64,000 bases of DNA from Candidatus Yanofskybacteria bacterium (GCA_016185545.1 JACPNJ010000005.1:271717-335716); one strand, 5' to 3'. Counted from the first letter of the stretch, positions 1-10,179 are shown. Notes: generated by a model not told the origin, from the letters alone. Numbers and translations: made by a program.

Positions 1-74
1 ATTTTTTTCGTCCTCGCGAAACCAAAGTTCATTGGCAAAAAAGGGCTTTTTACGCTCTCCGCTTTCAGTTTTAT

Positions 75-665
75 TCATTTCGGCATAATCCTTATTAAAT
101 TGCGGTTTTTCGCAACAGTTAACCATTTTTTTATTATATCACCGCTTGAATAGATATTCAAGAGATTATTTCGCATTAACATATAACTTGATATCAATAT
201 CAACACCGCGCCGGCTACGGCCAATGTAAAAGTTACAGCAAACGGCCAATACAATAAACTTACAAGGACGAAGTAAAGGATATAGGAAACGTGGTCAATC
301 GGCCGGCGGGGAAAAAATAATTTTTTTTCAACAATCATTCTTTTTGTCAGTACCACTGTGCCCCAAATTACACCCGGCAAATACAATAAAGCAAAGCTGA
401 TAGACCCCGGTTTTAAAAACATCACAAAATAAACGCCTATAAAAAATGTGAGATCGGCCACAGTGTCCAGCATTTTACCTTTAGGACTTGCTCCGTTCCA
501 ACGCCGAGCCAAATATCCGTCTAAGCGGTCGCCGACTGCCTGAAATATGATAAAACCCAAAAATAAATTATTTGCTCCAAGCCAAAAATAAATCGCGGCC
601 GGTATGGCCGATATCAGCCTCGCCGAACTAATGGCGTTTGGAATATATTTTTTAATTTTAATCAC
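75..665 (-). CDS. CDP-alcohol phosphatidyltransferase family protein
   Basis: PNAIS..R and DRLDGYLARR...GKMLDTVAD signature; hydrophobic. Confidence 0.85.
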   Translation of the reverse strand: MIKIKKYIPNAISSARLISAIPAAIYFWLGANNLFLGFIIFQAVGDRLDGYLARRWNGASPKGKMLDTVADLTFFIGVYFVMFLKPGSISFALLYLPGVIWGTVVLTKRMIVEKKLFFPRRPIDHVSYILYFVLVSLLYWPFAVTFTLAVAGAVLILISSYMLMRNNLLNIYSSGDIIKKWLTVAKNRNLIRIMPK

Positions 666-669
666 GGTT

Positions 670-2157
670 TTAATATAAAATCCTTAATAATTTTTTAACA
701 AACGGCGTAAGCTGGCCGGCCATATGCTCACTGACGGCTTTTCGGTTTATTCTGGAAGCGACGGGGTAGGGATATATTTTATTAAACAAGGTGTTAATTT
801 TCAAACCGGCGCTATTGGCCAAAATCAGTTCCTGGATCATTTCCCCGGCATTTTTAGCCGCCATGGTGCCGCCGAGAATTTTTTTGTCGGAAGAGATAAA
901 TAACTTAAGCATACCTTCCGTGGATTCGTCTACAATCGCGCGGTCATCGTTTTTAAAAGATTTTCTAATTGTAAGATACTTTAACTGTTTTTTATTTAAA
1001 TCTTTCCCGTTTAGGCCGAATGTTGCTATCTCCGGGTCGGTATAAGTTACCCAGGACATTTTATCGGTTTCCAATTTTTTCTTAAATGGCGAGAAAAAAT
1101 TTCTTAAAACAAGTTTGGCGTGCAATTCCGCCGCGTGAGTAAATTGGTGCTGACCGGCAATATCGCCCACCAGGAAAACTTTTTTGTTTGTGGTTCTAAG
1201 ATACGAATCAACTTTTATTTTTCCGCCTTCCATTTCAACGCCGGCTTTTTCAAGATCCAGCCCTTCTGTGTTTAAAAATCTGCCGACAGCGACAAGTAAA
1301 GCGTCAAATTCCAAACTGACTTCTTTATCAGCTCCTACTTTAATAACAATTTTATTTCCGTCCGCAATCTTTTCCGGCTGGCTGTTTAAATAAAACCTGA
1401 TGCCGTCTTTAGAAAGTTTTTCAAAAATAAAACGGGAAACTTCGGGATCTTCTTTATTCAATATTGAATCGCCCTTAACTACGACCGAAACATCCGATCC
1501 GAGATATTTGAAGGCCTGGCCTAGTTCCATTCCGATCGGCCCGCCGCCGATAACCACCATTTTTTTAGGAAGAAAATTAATGTCAAAAATCGTTTCGTTG
1601 GTAAATATGTTGGGCACATCTTTGATACCTGGAATATCCAGCTCTTTGGGGCGCGAACCGGTGGCTATTATAATTTTTCGCGCCTTATATTCTTGTCCGT
1701 CAAGAATAACGGTGTTTGAAGAAATAAATTTAGCCAAACCCAATTTAACGGTAATCCCCTTTTTACTGAGCGCTTGAAAATTTTCGTCCTCTCTTATGGT
1801 GTCTTGTTTTTCTTTTATGTACGCGACGACTCTGCCGATATCAACCGTGCCGTCCGTTTTCAGTCCAAATCTTTCAACATCCCGTCCGTTTTTAATCATT
1901 CTTGCTACATGAATAAGCGCTTTTGACGGTACGCAGCCAAAATTCAAGCAATCGCCGCCGATATTTCTGTCGCTTTTATCAATTAGCAGAGTTTTAAAAC
2001 CAGCCTTGTTCATAAAAGAAGCCGCATTTAAACCGCCTGAACCGGCTCCGATTATGATAATATCAAATTCATTTCCTGATAATTTTCTGCCGATTTTTGA
2101 TCTTGCCCATATAAAAAATATGGCTAAGATCGCGATTGTAAATATAATTATTTGCAT
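670..2157 (-). CDS. Class I pyridine nucleotide-disulfide oxidoreductase (mercuric reductase/lipoamide dehydrogenase-like) with N-terminal membrane anchor
   Basis: IIIGAGSGG, GGDCLNFGCVPSKAL, IGGGPIGME motifs. Confidence 0.85.
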   Translation of the reverse strand: MQIIIFTIAILAIFFIWARSKIGRKLSGNEFDIIIIGAGSGGLNAASFMNKAGFKTLLIDKSDRNIGGDCLNFGCVPSKALIHVARMIKNGRDVERFGLKTDGTVDIGRVVAYIKEKQDTIREDENFQALSKKGITVKLGLAKFISSNTVILDGQEYKARKIIIATGSRPKELDIPGIKDVPNIFTNETIFDINFLPKKMVVIGGGPIGMELGQAFKYLGSDVSVVVKGDSILNKEDPEVSRFIFEKLSKDGIRFYLNSQPEKIADGNKIVIKVGADKEVSLEFDALLVAVGRFLNTEGLDLEKAGVEMEGGKIKVDSYLRTTNKKVFLVGDIAGQHQFTHAAELHAKLVLRNFFSPFKKKLETDKMSWVTYTDPEIATFGLNGKDLNKKQLKYLTIRKSFKNDDRAIVDESTEGMLKLFISSDKKILGGTMAAKNAGEMIQELILANSAGLKINTLFNKIYPYPVASRINRKAVSEHMAGQLTPFVKKLLRILY

Positions 2158-2207
2158 TTAACAAAAACGAAGGATTATTTTTCTTAAAAAATAAATCCTT
2201 CGTTTTA

Positions 2208-3227
2208 TCATATAGCTGTGATAAACGGGGCAAGAGAAATCACATGCCTGACCAGCATTGAAGCATATCCCCATTCGTTGTCATACCAGACCATCACTTT
2301 CACTAGTTCGCCGCCAACCACTCTGGTTAAGTTCAAGTCAACGGTCGCGCCATGGGCGTTTTTCAAAATATCCGAAGACACCAGCGGCTTATCCGTAACC
2401 GTTAAGATTCCTTGCCACTCCGGTTTCTTTGACTCTTCAATAAAAATATTATTTATTTCTTCCGCCGAAGTTTTTTGTTCGGCTATAAAAGTAAAGTCCA
2501 GGATTGACCCGCTGACAACCGGCACCCGCAAAGCCAAACCGTCAAACTTGTCTTTCATTCCGGGAATTGCTTTGGCGGTGGCAATAGTGGCGCCAGTCGT
2601 CGTTGGAACGATATTCTGAGCCGCCGCTCTTCCTTTTCGATAATCTTTACCGGGCCCGTCAACCAAACCCTGGCTCGAAGTATAACCGTGGACGGTGTTT
2701 AAAAGAGAAAACTTGATACCGGGCCTTAAGGTCATCACTGCGGCCACCGGCGTAATAGCGTTAGTGGTACAAGAGGCGTTGGTGGTGATTTTGGATCTGG
2801 CAATTGCCTCCTCATTTATGTTTGGGGTAACGGTAATTGTTTCGCCCTCATCATGAGCTGGCGCTGTAAGAACAACTCTTTTCGCACCCGCGCCAAGATG
2901 CGCTTTAGCCTTATCGTAAGAAGTAAATCGTCCCGTTGCCTCAATGACCACATCAATGCCCAGATCCTCCCACGGAAGCTTTAGCGGATCTGGTTCGCTC
3001 AAATATTTTATCATTTTGCCGTCAACAACAAGATTGTTCTCCTGAACTTCAATTTTTTTATCAAAACGTCCGTAAACGCTGTCAAACTCCAAAAGATAGG
3101 CTAGATTAGCCAGTGCGCCCAGGTCGTTGAGAGCGACGATTTCCAATTCTGGCCGTTCAAAAGCGACCTTAAAAAATTGTCTGCCGATGCGGCCGAAACC
3201 GTTGATTGCTATTTTTATTTTCTTCAT
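2208..3227 (-). CDS. gap: Type I glyceraldehyde-3-phosphate dehydrogenase
   Basis: INGFGRIGR, NASCTTN, WYDNEWGY. Confidence 0.97.
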   Translation of the reverse strand: MKKIKIAINGFGRIGRQFFKVAFERPELEIVALNDLGALANLAYLLEFDSVYGRFDKKIEVQENNLVVDGKMIKYLSEPDPLKLPWEDLGIDVVIEATGRFTSYDKAKAHLGAGAKRVVLTAPAHDEGETITVTPNINEEAIARSKITTNASCTTNAITPVAAVMTLRPGIKFSLLNTVHGYTSSQGLVDGPGKDYRKGRAAAQNIVPTTTGATIATAKAIPGMKDKFDGLALRVPVVSGSILDFTFIAEQKTSAEEINNIFIEESKKPEWQGILTVTDKPLVSSDILKNAHGATVDLNLTRVVGGELVKVMVWYDNEWGYASMLVRHVISLAPFITAI

Positions 3228-3451
3228 TTTTTAATTACTTGGTTAAATAATACTATCACCGCTTAATGAACCTAACGAATCTATTGGGGAATAATAATTT
3301 TGGCGCTTTCGAAAGATTTTTTAATTCTTATCCTAATTGATTAACCGGTTATCGACCCTCAAACCAGGAATGTGTAATACTATATTTCCTTATTTTATCA
3401 CAATGGATTAGATATCACCAGTTACAGATAATAACTTATTAATCCGTTAGG

Positions 3452-4837
3452 TTATGAAAAATAGGCGTCTAGCGAAGTACTTCTGTTTGTTTCGCACGGA
3501 TAACCCCCGGCACATTCGTTTTCCATTGTGTACTTGTCAAAACTAAATTTATTATTAAAAAATTTCATTATCTCTTCAGTATCTCTAACGGCATTGAAAA
3601 GACAAACCGAAGCGCCAGGAGAAGGCGTCATGTTAAAGATGATATGGTTTCCAATAATTCTTCCTTCACCGAGTTGCAGTTCATGAGTTTCCGTGTCTAC
3701 TCTTTGAAGTCTCATCCCGCCAAAACCCTTGGCTTTTTTAAGATCCCGGGCTTTGATAGATGGAACAATTTTCCTGATATTTGCCAAAAACAAAATTTTG
3801 CCTACCAAAGGAAGATCGTATAGGGCGTTTTTTACCAAATATTTAAATCTCGTATGGTCGCTTAAAATTTTAATAAAACTTTTTGCCGTGCAGTATCTAA
3901 AAAGTCCTGCTGACTTAAAATAATCTACTGAAGTGGAAAGTTTTCCGCTTTCCAATACCGGAAAAAATTTAGCTGTCGGTCCCCATCTTGTTTTATTGGA
4001 AACTTGTACGTCAGGATCACCATGAACTGATGCAAAGGGCAATTTTTTGTTCTGTATAGTATAAACTTTTCCATTTAAAAGCCGGTCTGAAAAATAAAAA
4101 TTGCCAGCAATCGGAACAAGCGAAAACTTATTTCCATATCCGAGTGATTTAGCAAAAAGTAAACTGTAAGAGTCGGCATCCACCACAACAACACCAGCCT
4201 TGAATACTCCTTGATTGGTGGCTACCTGATATACATCGTCGGTTCTTTTTATATTTTTCACCTTGCATCCCAAAAATAAGTTCGACCAGTTGTTTGCTCC
4301 TCTTTTGACTTCTTTTACAAAAGATGCCGCCAGCATTTCATAATCAACTGCATATCCATCATGTGTATATAATGCCAAGATTTCTTCATTTTCTCTTCTT
4401 CCTTTTGTTATATTTGGTTCTACTTTTTCAATTCCTCTTTTATCTAACTTCTGCAAATCTGGATATAATTCTTTAATTTCTTCGTATCTTTTTTCCAGCT
4501 GAACAACTTCGTCTTTAGCTACCGCTAAAACCATCTTAGATACTTTAAATAAAATTTTGTTCTGCTCATCGGGGTGCAGTTTTTTCACATAAGTAGGAAT
4601 CATCATGGCCGCTGTTTTTACTATTTTTGCTTTTTCTAATGGATAGTTGGTTTCAATATCGCCCACATGAAGAGTCTGGCTGTTGTTTCTGCCCCTAGAA
4701 TTAACCTGCGCTACTTTATTATACTTTTCAAGAAGAGCCACACTAGAAATATCCGTGTATTTGGATAACACGTAAAAGAGGGCAGTGCCGCTCACGCCTC
4801 CTCCGATTATTAATACATCATATTTATCTTTATCCAT
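3452..4837 (-). CDS. FAD-dependent oxidoreductase, malate:quinone oxidoreductase-like
   Basis: IIGGGVSG, NNSQTLHVGDIETNY, LPFASVHGD, NMTPSPGAS; start moved to MDKDKY. Confidence 0.7.
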   Translation of the reverse strand: MDKDKYDVLIIGGGVSGTALFYVLSKYTDISSVALLEKYNKVAQVNSRGRNNSQTLHVGDIETNYPLEKAKIVKTAAMMIPTYVKKLHPDEQNKILFKVSKMVLAVAKDEVVQLEKRYEEIKELYPDLQKLDKRGIEKVEPNITKGRRENEEILALYTHDGYAVDYEMLAASFVKEVKRGANNWSNLFLGCKVKNIKRTDDVYQVATNQGVFKAGVVVVDADSYSLLFAKSLGYGNKFSLVPIAGNFYFSDRLLNGKVYTIQNKKLPFASVHGDPDVQVSNKTRWGPTAKFFPVLESGKLSTSVDYFKSAGLFRYCTAKSFIKILSDHTRFKYLVKNALYDLPLVGKILFLANIRKIVPSIKARDLKKAKGFGGMRLQRVDTETHELQLGEGRIIGNHIIFNMTPSPGASVCLFNAVRDTEEIMKFFNNKFSFDKYTMENECAGGYPCETNRSTSLDAYFS

Positions 4838-5090
4838 AATTATATTCAAAATTATATTGTAAATTATATTGGAAATATATATTTTTATCATGAATTGACC
4901 GTTTTAAAGTTAAAATTTAATTCAAACTTACCTGCTATCTTGGCTACATAAACGCAAAGAACACGACGTTTGCGTGTTGTGTTGGGGAGCATTGCCGCGC
5001 GGTCGATCACGGCCGTATCAATCATAACAATCAATAGTTTTGTTAGTTTTGTTCAGAGCGTTTTTTTAAGAAAGGGGGTGTAATCATATC

Positions 5091-5540
5091 ATGAAAAAAT
5101 CCACGAAAATAGCGGTTTCAATGGCCATTTTTGGCGTGCTGGCAATGACCGCGATTGTCGCTTATCCCGGCAATAACGCCAAGGCGGCAGGTATTGACGG
5201 CATTTCCAGAGCCGCCCACGGCAATGTTTCGCGACTAGGCGAACTGCTTGTGTTAGACGGATTGTTTGCCAATGATTTCAACAGCATAGATAATCGTATC
5301 GACGGTCCTTCACGCTTGGGCGAACTGATCGTCTTAGACGGATTGTTCGGCTTCGGCAACGGGCTTAACGGCAACGGCACGAGAAACGTTTCGCGACTCG
5401 GCGAACTGCTTGTCTTAGACGGATTGTTCGGCAATAGTATAGACGGAGTAACCGGTAGCAGAATCGGCGGCGCCTCTCGCTTAGGCGAACTGTTAGTCTT
5501 AGACGGATTGTTCGGCTTCGGCAACGGATTTATCAGGTAA
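5091..5540 (+). CDS. Secreted 149-aa protein with four SRLGEL(L/I)VLDGLF repeats
   Basis: Signal-peptide-like N-terminus (MKKSTK + hydrophobic stretch, AKA); purine-rich SD upstream; in-frame repeats at 81/81/84-bp spacing. Confidence 0.8.
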   Translation: MKKSTKIAVSMAIFGVLAMTAIVAYPGNNAKAAGIDGISRAAHGNVSRLGELLVLDGLFANDFNSIDNRIDGPSRLGELIVLDGLFGFGNGLNGNGTRNVSRLGELLVLDGLFGNSIDGVTGSRIGGASRLGELLVLDGLFGFGNGFIR

Positions 5541-5541
5541 G

Positions 5542-5584
5542 TCCGGCAGCAAGAGAGAATTGCAAGTTTCTCTCTTGTGCCGGA
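5542..5584 (+). terminator. Long stem-loop directly after the repeat-peptide gene
   Basis: tccggca-gcaagagaga...tctctcttg-tgccgga inverted repeat. Confidence 0.6.
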
Positions 5585-5601
5585 TTTGTCATTATACCAT
5601 C

Positions 5602-5991
5602 ATGAGCGTGAGAAATTTCTTTTCTACCCACAACAAATTATTACTTATTATATTATTTGGTTTGGCTCTGTTCGGCACGGGTTATTTTGCGTTGGCACGT
5701 ACTTCCAGCATTATTACTATAGTCAATGAGCGGCCTGCCCACCCCGTCCTAGACGGGAGGGCGGGCAGAGGCAGGATCGGTGGCAACTCCGGCGCCGAAC
5801 CCTACTGCTATAATGGCGATAACAATCTTGGCCAACTGATAGTTCTTGACAGCTTATTCGGCACAGATTACAAAAAAGCCGACGGCAGTGACAGGTTCTC
5901 GCGCCTGGAACGGCTGATTGTTCTAGACAGATTGTTCTCTAATCAATCTAATTCCGGCGGACGTTCCTGTCTGTCACCTCTTGAGGAGTAA
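5602..5991 (+). CDS. Membrane-anchored or secreted protein with two degenerate copies of the same motif
   Basis: N-terminal TM helix; LGQLIVLDSLF and SRLERLIVLDRLF; ATG at 5602. Confidence 0.7.
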   Translation: MSVRNFFSTHNKLLLIILFGLALFGTGYFALARTSSIITIVNERPAHPVLDGRAGRGRIGGNSGAEPYCYNGDNNLGQLIVLDSLFGTDYKKADGSDRFSRLERLIVLDRLFSNQSNSGGRSCLSPLEE

Positions 5992-7216
5992 CGACAATAA
6001 CGTTCAGACCTAATTTGTTAAGTTCTTTGGTCAATCCCTCTTCGTGGCCAGCGCCGAATTGTATAACTCCGACCGTCTGGCCTGATTCTTTCAGGGCGGA
6101 AACGAAGTTCTCGGCCGCCTCAAAATTACGTTTTTCCACGACAGTCCTCTCAATCTTGGTTTCTGAATCAACCAAAAGTCGGCGCAAAAGATCGGTATTA
6201 TAGACGGCATTATAAGGATTGTCGGCTCGCGATGACGCATTGCCGGCTAAGTTCAACGCTGAATTGCCTTGGCCGGTCCCGGTCATTTCAGAAAACAAAG
6301 AACGGCAAAGTTCTATTTGCTGGGCCAGTTCTTGTTTGCCTTGCTGGTTGGCTTCCGATTCCAAAGCATCAAACCGACGCGAGACATCACTACCACCGCT
6401 CAGGATTAGGGTTAAGGTTTCAAGCAATGAAGCGTCAAAAAACCTGCCCAAGTAAGGGCCGGAGGCGGCCAGGGTTTCAAGATTATCCAACCTGTCCTGT
6501 AGATAGATGTTATCTCTGACCAAAGCGGCACTTTCTTGAAGCGTGGCTTGGTTTTCGGAACCAAACAGAGTTATATCGCCACCCTCGGCCTTGTAAACCA
6601 GCGGCGCACCTTTCAAGATGATTTCACGGCCTGTTTTGGCCAGTTGTTTATCAACGCCAGTCCTGAGGTCATCCTCAAGTTGAGGGTTAATGCTACCCTG
6701 CTCAAGTTCTTGGTTAAGTTTGCGGTATGCGGCCAGAAAGCGATCGCGAGTGTCTATTTTTTCTTTAAGCGGTTCAATGACGCTTGACGGTACCGGGCCG
6801 GCTAACTGGCCCTCCACGACAAACAATTTGACCCCGAATTGTCCGGCCAGATGTTTAACTATCTGAAGGGTTTGTTCTTGGTTCTGTTGCGCCGAATCGT
6901 TAATGCCGTCTCCGGCCTCCGAACCCGGATTCCTGTGATATTGAGGAATCAAGACAGCAGTGCCGAAGGTGGCTGGCGCCGAATGAAAGGTAACTTTGCT
7001 AACGGGCAAGTTGCGATAAGCCGCTATGTCCGACAAAATCTCGGCCGGATTATCCCTATTACCGCTTTCGTGGCCAATATTAACAACTGTTTGTTTCTCG
7101 CTAACAGCAGAAACCCCGCCATTTAAGAAACCACCACCAGCAAAAACGCCCAATAACAAAAGAACGGCTGCGGAAAGAACAACTATGATGTTTTTGGTTC
7201 TGAAATATATAGACAT
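5948..7216 (-). CDS. Exported TraB/PrgY/Tiki (EreA/ChaN-like superfamily) putative metalloprotease
   Basis: N-terminal signal/TM; PQYH, VVEG, KRN and IQFGAGHEEGL..EL..LG motif order. Confidence 0.55.
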   Translation of the reverse strand: MSIYFRTKNIIVVLSAAVLLLLGVFAGGGFLNGGVSAVSEKQTVVNIGHESGNRDNPAEILSDIAAYRNLPVSKVTFHSAPATFGTAVLIPQYHRNPGSEAGDGINDSAQQNQEQTLQIVKHLAGQFGVKLFVVEGQLAGPVPSSVIEPLKEKIDTRDRFLAAYRKLNQELEQGSINPQLEDDLRTGVDKQLAKTGREIILKGAPLVYKAEGGDITLFGSENQATLQESAALVRDNIYLQDRLDNLETLAASGPYLGRFFDASLLETLTLILSGGSDVSRRFDALESEANQQGKQELAQQIELCRSLFSEMTGTGQGNSALNLAGNASSRADNPYNAVYNTDLLRRLLVDSETKIERTVVEKRNFEAAENFVSALKESGQTVGVIQFGAGHEEGLTKELNKLGLNVIVVTPQEVTDRNVRRN

Positions 7217-7440
7217 GGTTATTGAAACTAATATTGCGCCGCCTTGTCTTCATTATTTTAGAGCCGATAAGCACTAATTGGCTTGATTTCGACCGGTAAA
7301 ATAACGATTACCTGGCTTACGCGTGAAGATATTAGTTCATTCGTCCATTATAATTTCACGATCCAGACAGTCAATAGTTTTCTTCACGTTTCTTCATAAT
7401 AGAAAAACCGTCCGATGATAATGATAATCGGCCAAATAAA

Positions 7441-7466
7441 AAATCCGCCGTACGCGGCGGATTTTT
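7441..7466 (-). terminator. Intrinsic terminator after the response regulator
   Basis: aaaatccgccg-tacg-cggcggatttt. Confidence 0.7.
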
Positions 7467-7482
7467 AATAATATCTTGAGGC

Positions 7483-8190
7483 TTACTTTTCTGTATTTGC
7501 TCTGGGGTAGCGGCCGTAGACATTCAGCCGATAACCAACTCCGCGGATTGTTTCCAGCATATTTTCACGAGAATTATTGCCGATTTTCTTCCTCAAGTTC
7601 TTAATATGCACGTCAACAATATTGCTGAACGAGGCGAAACCGAAATCCCAAAGATGATCCAGGATTTGTTCGCGAGTGATCGTCTGGCCGGGATTGCGCA
7701 TAAAGTATTCCATCAGACTGAACTCTTTGAGCGTCAAGGGCAGTTCTTTACTGTCACGGTAGGCTCTGTGGGTGTTGAGATTGATGCAGATATCGTTGAC
7801 TTTCAGGGATTCGGTAATAGTTTCCGCCGGCCGACGAAGCAAGGCTTTGACTCTGGCGTTTAACTCCTCAAAGAAAAAAGGTTTGACCAGGTAATCATCG
7901 GCGCCGCTATTGAGGAGCGTAACCTTGTCTTTGACGTCAAAGCGGCCGGTTAAAATCAAGATCGGAATTTTGATGCCGCTTTGGCGGATGCTTTTACAAA
8001 TCGCGAAACCGTCTTTGTGCGGCAACACTAAATCCAGGATTAATAAATCGTAACCATCGTGATTGATCTGGATGCGCCGCTCGCCTTCTTCGCCGTCCAA
8101 CAGATAATCAACGGCGTAACCTTCGTCCTCAAGATTTTTCTTAAGGCCGCTGGCAAGATCCTGGTTGTCCTCAATAATCAATATCCTCAT
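7483..8190 (-). CDS. OmpR/PhoB-family response regulator
   Basis: MRILIIEDN, LLILDL, GADDYLVKPF, VDVHIKNLRKK, TIRGVGY; start moved to 8190. Confidence 0.95.
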   Translation of the reverse strand: MRILIIEDNQDLASGLKKNLEDEGYAVDYLLDGEEGERRIQINHDGYDLLILDLVLPHKDGFAICKSIRQSGIKIPILILTGRFDVKDKVTLLNSGADDYLVKPFFFEELNARVKALLRRPAETITESLKVNDICINLNTHRAYRDSKELPLTLKEFSLMEYFMRNPGQTITREQILDHLWDFGFASFSNIVDVHIKNLRKKIGNNSRENMLETIRGVGYRLNVYGRYPRANTEK

Positions 8191-8242
8191 GGTTTTTAAC
8201 ATCTTAGATAAAAAACGTAGTCTACATAAATGATAATTAAAG

Positions 8243-8722
8243 TCAAGTCCTGTCAAAACGGATCCCGGACTTAACACCTTTCCCGTTCTTCGCAATAGCG
8301 GTATAAACTAGCCCCAGAATAAAACCATACACTAAATGTCCCCATAAGCTTGGCAAGGCCATTTGTATTCCTTGCTTTGAAAGCTGGCTGCCTATACCCA
8401 AAAGCCAGGGCATAATAATCAGCGGTCCCAAAAACCACAAGACTAGAGAGAAAGCCAGGCCAAGCGCGATGTTTTTTGTTTTACCTGTCGTTTTACATCC
8501 CAGAAAAACAGCAAAAAATAAACCAAAGACGACACTGAATAATGTGTTCGTCATTAAGCCGAAAATGACTGAATCTCCACCCAGGAGCCTGGCGATAGTC
8601 GGCAGCATTCCCGTCGCGCCGCTTATAGCGCCAAAGACGGCACCGGCAATAAAGCTGGCCGTTATGCCAGCCTTGATACTACGGTGGCAGCTATTAATTT
8701 TGATTGCTAAGGCGTTTTGCAT
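8243..8722 (-). CDS. Four-TM membrane protein
   Basis: Hydrophobic helices; SLWGHLVYG motif. Confidence 0.7.
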   Translation of the reverse strand: MQNALAIKINSCHRSIKAGITASFIAGAVFGAISGATGMLPTIARLLGGDSVIFGLMTNTLFSVVFGLFFAVFLGCKTTGKTKNIALGLAFSLVLWFLGPLIIMPWLLGIGSQLSKQGIQMALPSLWGHLVYGFILGLVYTAIAKNGKGVKSGIRFDRT

Positions 8723-8743
8723 GGTTTTTATAATTAACTTTGT

Positions 8744-9814
8744 TTATTTGTTATTCAATAAGCCTGATTGCGCCTGCTCTAAGGCCAGCTTTACTTGATT
8801 GGCCGGGATGGCAAGACTGATGTTTTTGGCGCCATCTACTATGGCGGTGTTGATTCCTATGACCTCTCCCTGAAGATTCAGCAAGGGTCCGCCGGAACTG
8901 CCTGAATTTATAGCAACATCAGTTTGGATCAATTTATCCAAGCGCGCCAATTGTTTGCCGTTAGCGTTACCGACAGCGACAGAACGAGACAAATTAGAAA
9001 TTACACCGCGCGAAACGGTATTGGCAAATTTTCCCAAAGCATTACCGATAGCGATAACCGTTCGTCCATTTTCCAACTTGTCCGAATCTCCCAAAGTCAA
9101 AAAGGGCAGATTTGAGCCGTCAATCTTTATAATGGCCAGGTCTTTGTCCGGATCTCGCGATAAAACCTTTATTTTGTGTTTGACACCATCCTCGGTAATC
9201 GCGAAAAGTTCGCCTTTGCCCGCGTCAATCACGTGTTTGTTGGTTACGATCAGGCCGTCCGGACTGGCAATGAAACCGGAACCGACACTGGTCAATTCAT
9301 CAGCTTGCTTGCCGGGAGCCTGTCTGGTGATTTGTTTAGACGGCGTTTGGAATTCGGCTTCCGAACATTGTTTTCCCAAAGCAAGCTTCAATATGGGGTC
9401 TTGGCAGGTATTAGCAATAATCTTGTTTTTAAAATCCTCTTCTCGCCGCGTTTCCTGGCTTCTCTGGCTTTGGCTTTCCTTCTGTGCCGCATCGTCAGGC
9501 GTTGTTTCTATATTTTTGCTAATATCCTCACTATTAGTAGTACCCAAAATAGCAATGCTGACTACAGACGGGTTAGCTTTTTTGACCACACTGACCACAA
9601 GCGACTCTTCGGTTGTCATCGCCAAACCCGCTTCGGCATTAATTTGCCGACGCGCCAACACGGCCGCATCAACACCAATAAATTTGAAACTGGAAACAAG
9701 ATAACCGAAAAGACCGCCAACAAGACCACCAACCGCAGCAGACATTATAAAACTGGCCAGTAATCCCTTGCTTCCCCTGTTAAGGTTAAGATTTTGTATT
9801 TCGTTCATATCCAT
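8744..9814 (-). CDS. HtrA/DegS-like trypsin serine protease, membrane anchored, no PDZ domain
   Basis: GSGF, VTNKHV, DLA, IQTDVAINSGSSGGPL. Confidence 0.9.
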   Translation of the reverse strand: MDMNEIQNLNLNRGSKGLLASFIMSAAVGGLVGGLFGYLVSSFKFIGVDAAVLARRQINAEAGLAMTTEESLVVSVVKKANPSVVSIAILGTTNSEDISKNIETTPDDAAQKESQSQRSQETRREEDFKNKIIANTCQDPILKLALGKQCSEAEFQTPSKQITRQAPGKQADELTSVGSGFIASPDGLIVTNKHVIDAGKGELFAITEDGVKHKIKVLSRDPDKDLAIIKIDGSNLPFLTLGDSDKLENGRTVIAIGNALGKFANTVSRGVISNLSRSVAVGNANGKQLARLDKLIQTDVAINSGSSGGPLLNLQGEVIGINTAIVDGAKNISLAIPANQVKLALEQAQSGLLNNK

Positions 9815-9966
9815 AAGCGTACTTTTAATATATGGGGGTTAGTTGCTGATGTATTAAAGAAATGACAATTCATAGAGTTCTCACGGCGCCGTGGTAATTT
9901 CTGCTGTATAGTTCTTTGTTGTCTTTGGTGTTGTAATTTGCATTGCATTATTACGCCATTGCCATT

Positions 9967-10006
9967 CGCACTTGTGAATTAACGCACTTGAGAATTCTTG
10001 AGAATT
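9967..10006. promoter_or_regulatory. Direct repeats CTTG(A/T)GAATT upstream of htrA; candidate response-regulator box
   Basis: Copies at 9971, 9987 and 9997; the last two are 10 bp apart. Confidence 0.45.
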
Positions 10007-10132
10007 ATCGCGTATCGTGCGGATTACGCGTTAAGCGTTTACCACGGCTTTCTGGGGAATCTGGCTGGGGAATCTGGGAAGGAGAAGCCCGGAAAGAGGA
10101 GCCCTTTAGATAATGACTTTATAGTGATCCCA

Positions 10133-10179
10133 GAAAGCCAAAAGCCAGCTCCTTATAAGGAGCTGGCTTTTGGCTTTCT
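10133..10179. terminator. Long perfect stem-loop in the divergent intergenic region
   Basis: gaaagccaaaagccagctcct-tata-aggagctggcttttggctttc. Confidence 0.55.

Noticed and set aside
3230-3450. Possible riboswitch or leader upstream of gap
   Set aside because: No recognisable conserved motif or convincing fold.
5228-5520. Four ~40-bp direct repeats with unique spacers, CRISPR-like
   Set aside because: The period is always a multiple of 3 (81/81/84), variation is synonymous, the repeats lie in an ORF with a signal peptide, and there are no cas genes.
5162-5524. Antisense 120-aa repeat ORF
   Set aside because: Mirror of the plus-strand repeat gene; no start context.
8955-9763. Long antisense ORFs opposite htrA, and similar shadows elsewhere
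   Set aside because: They overlap well-supported genes on the other strand and have no motifs.
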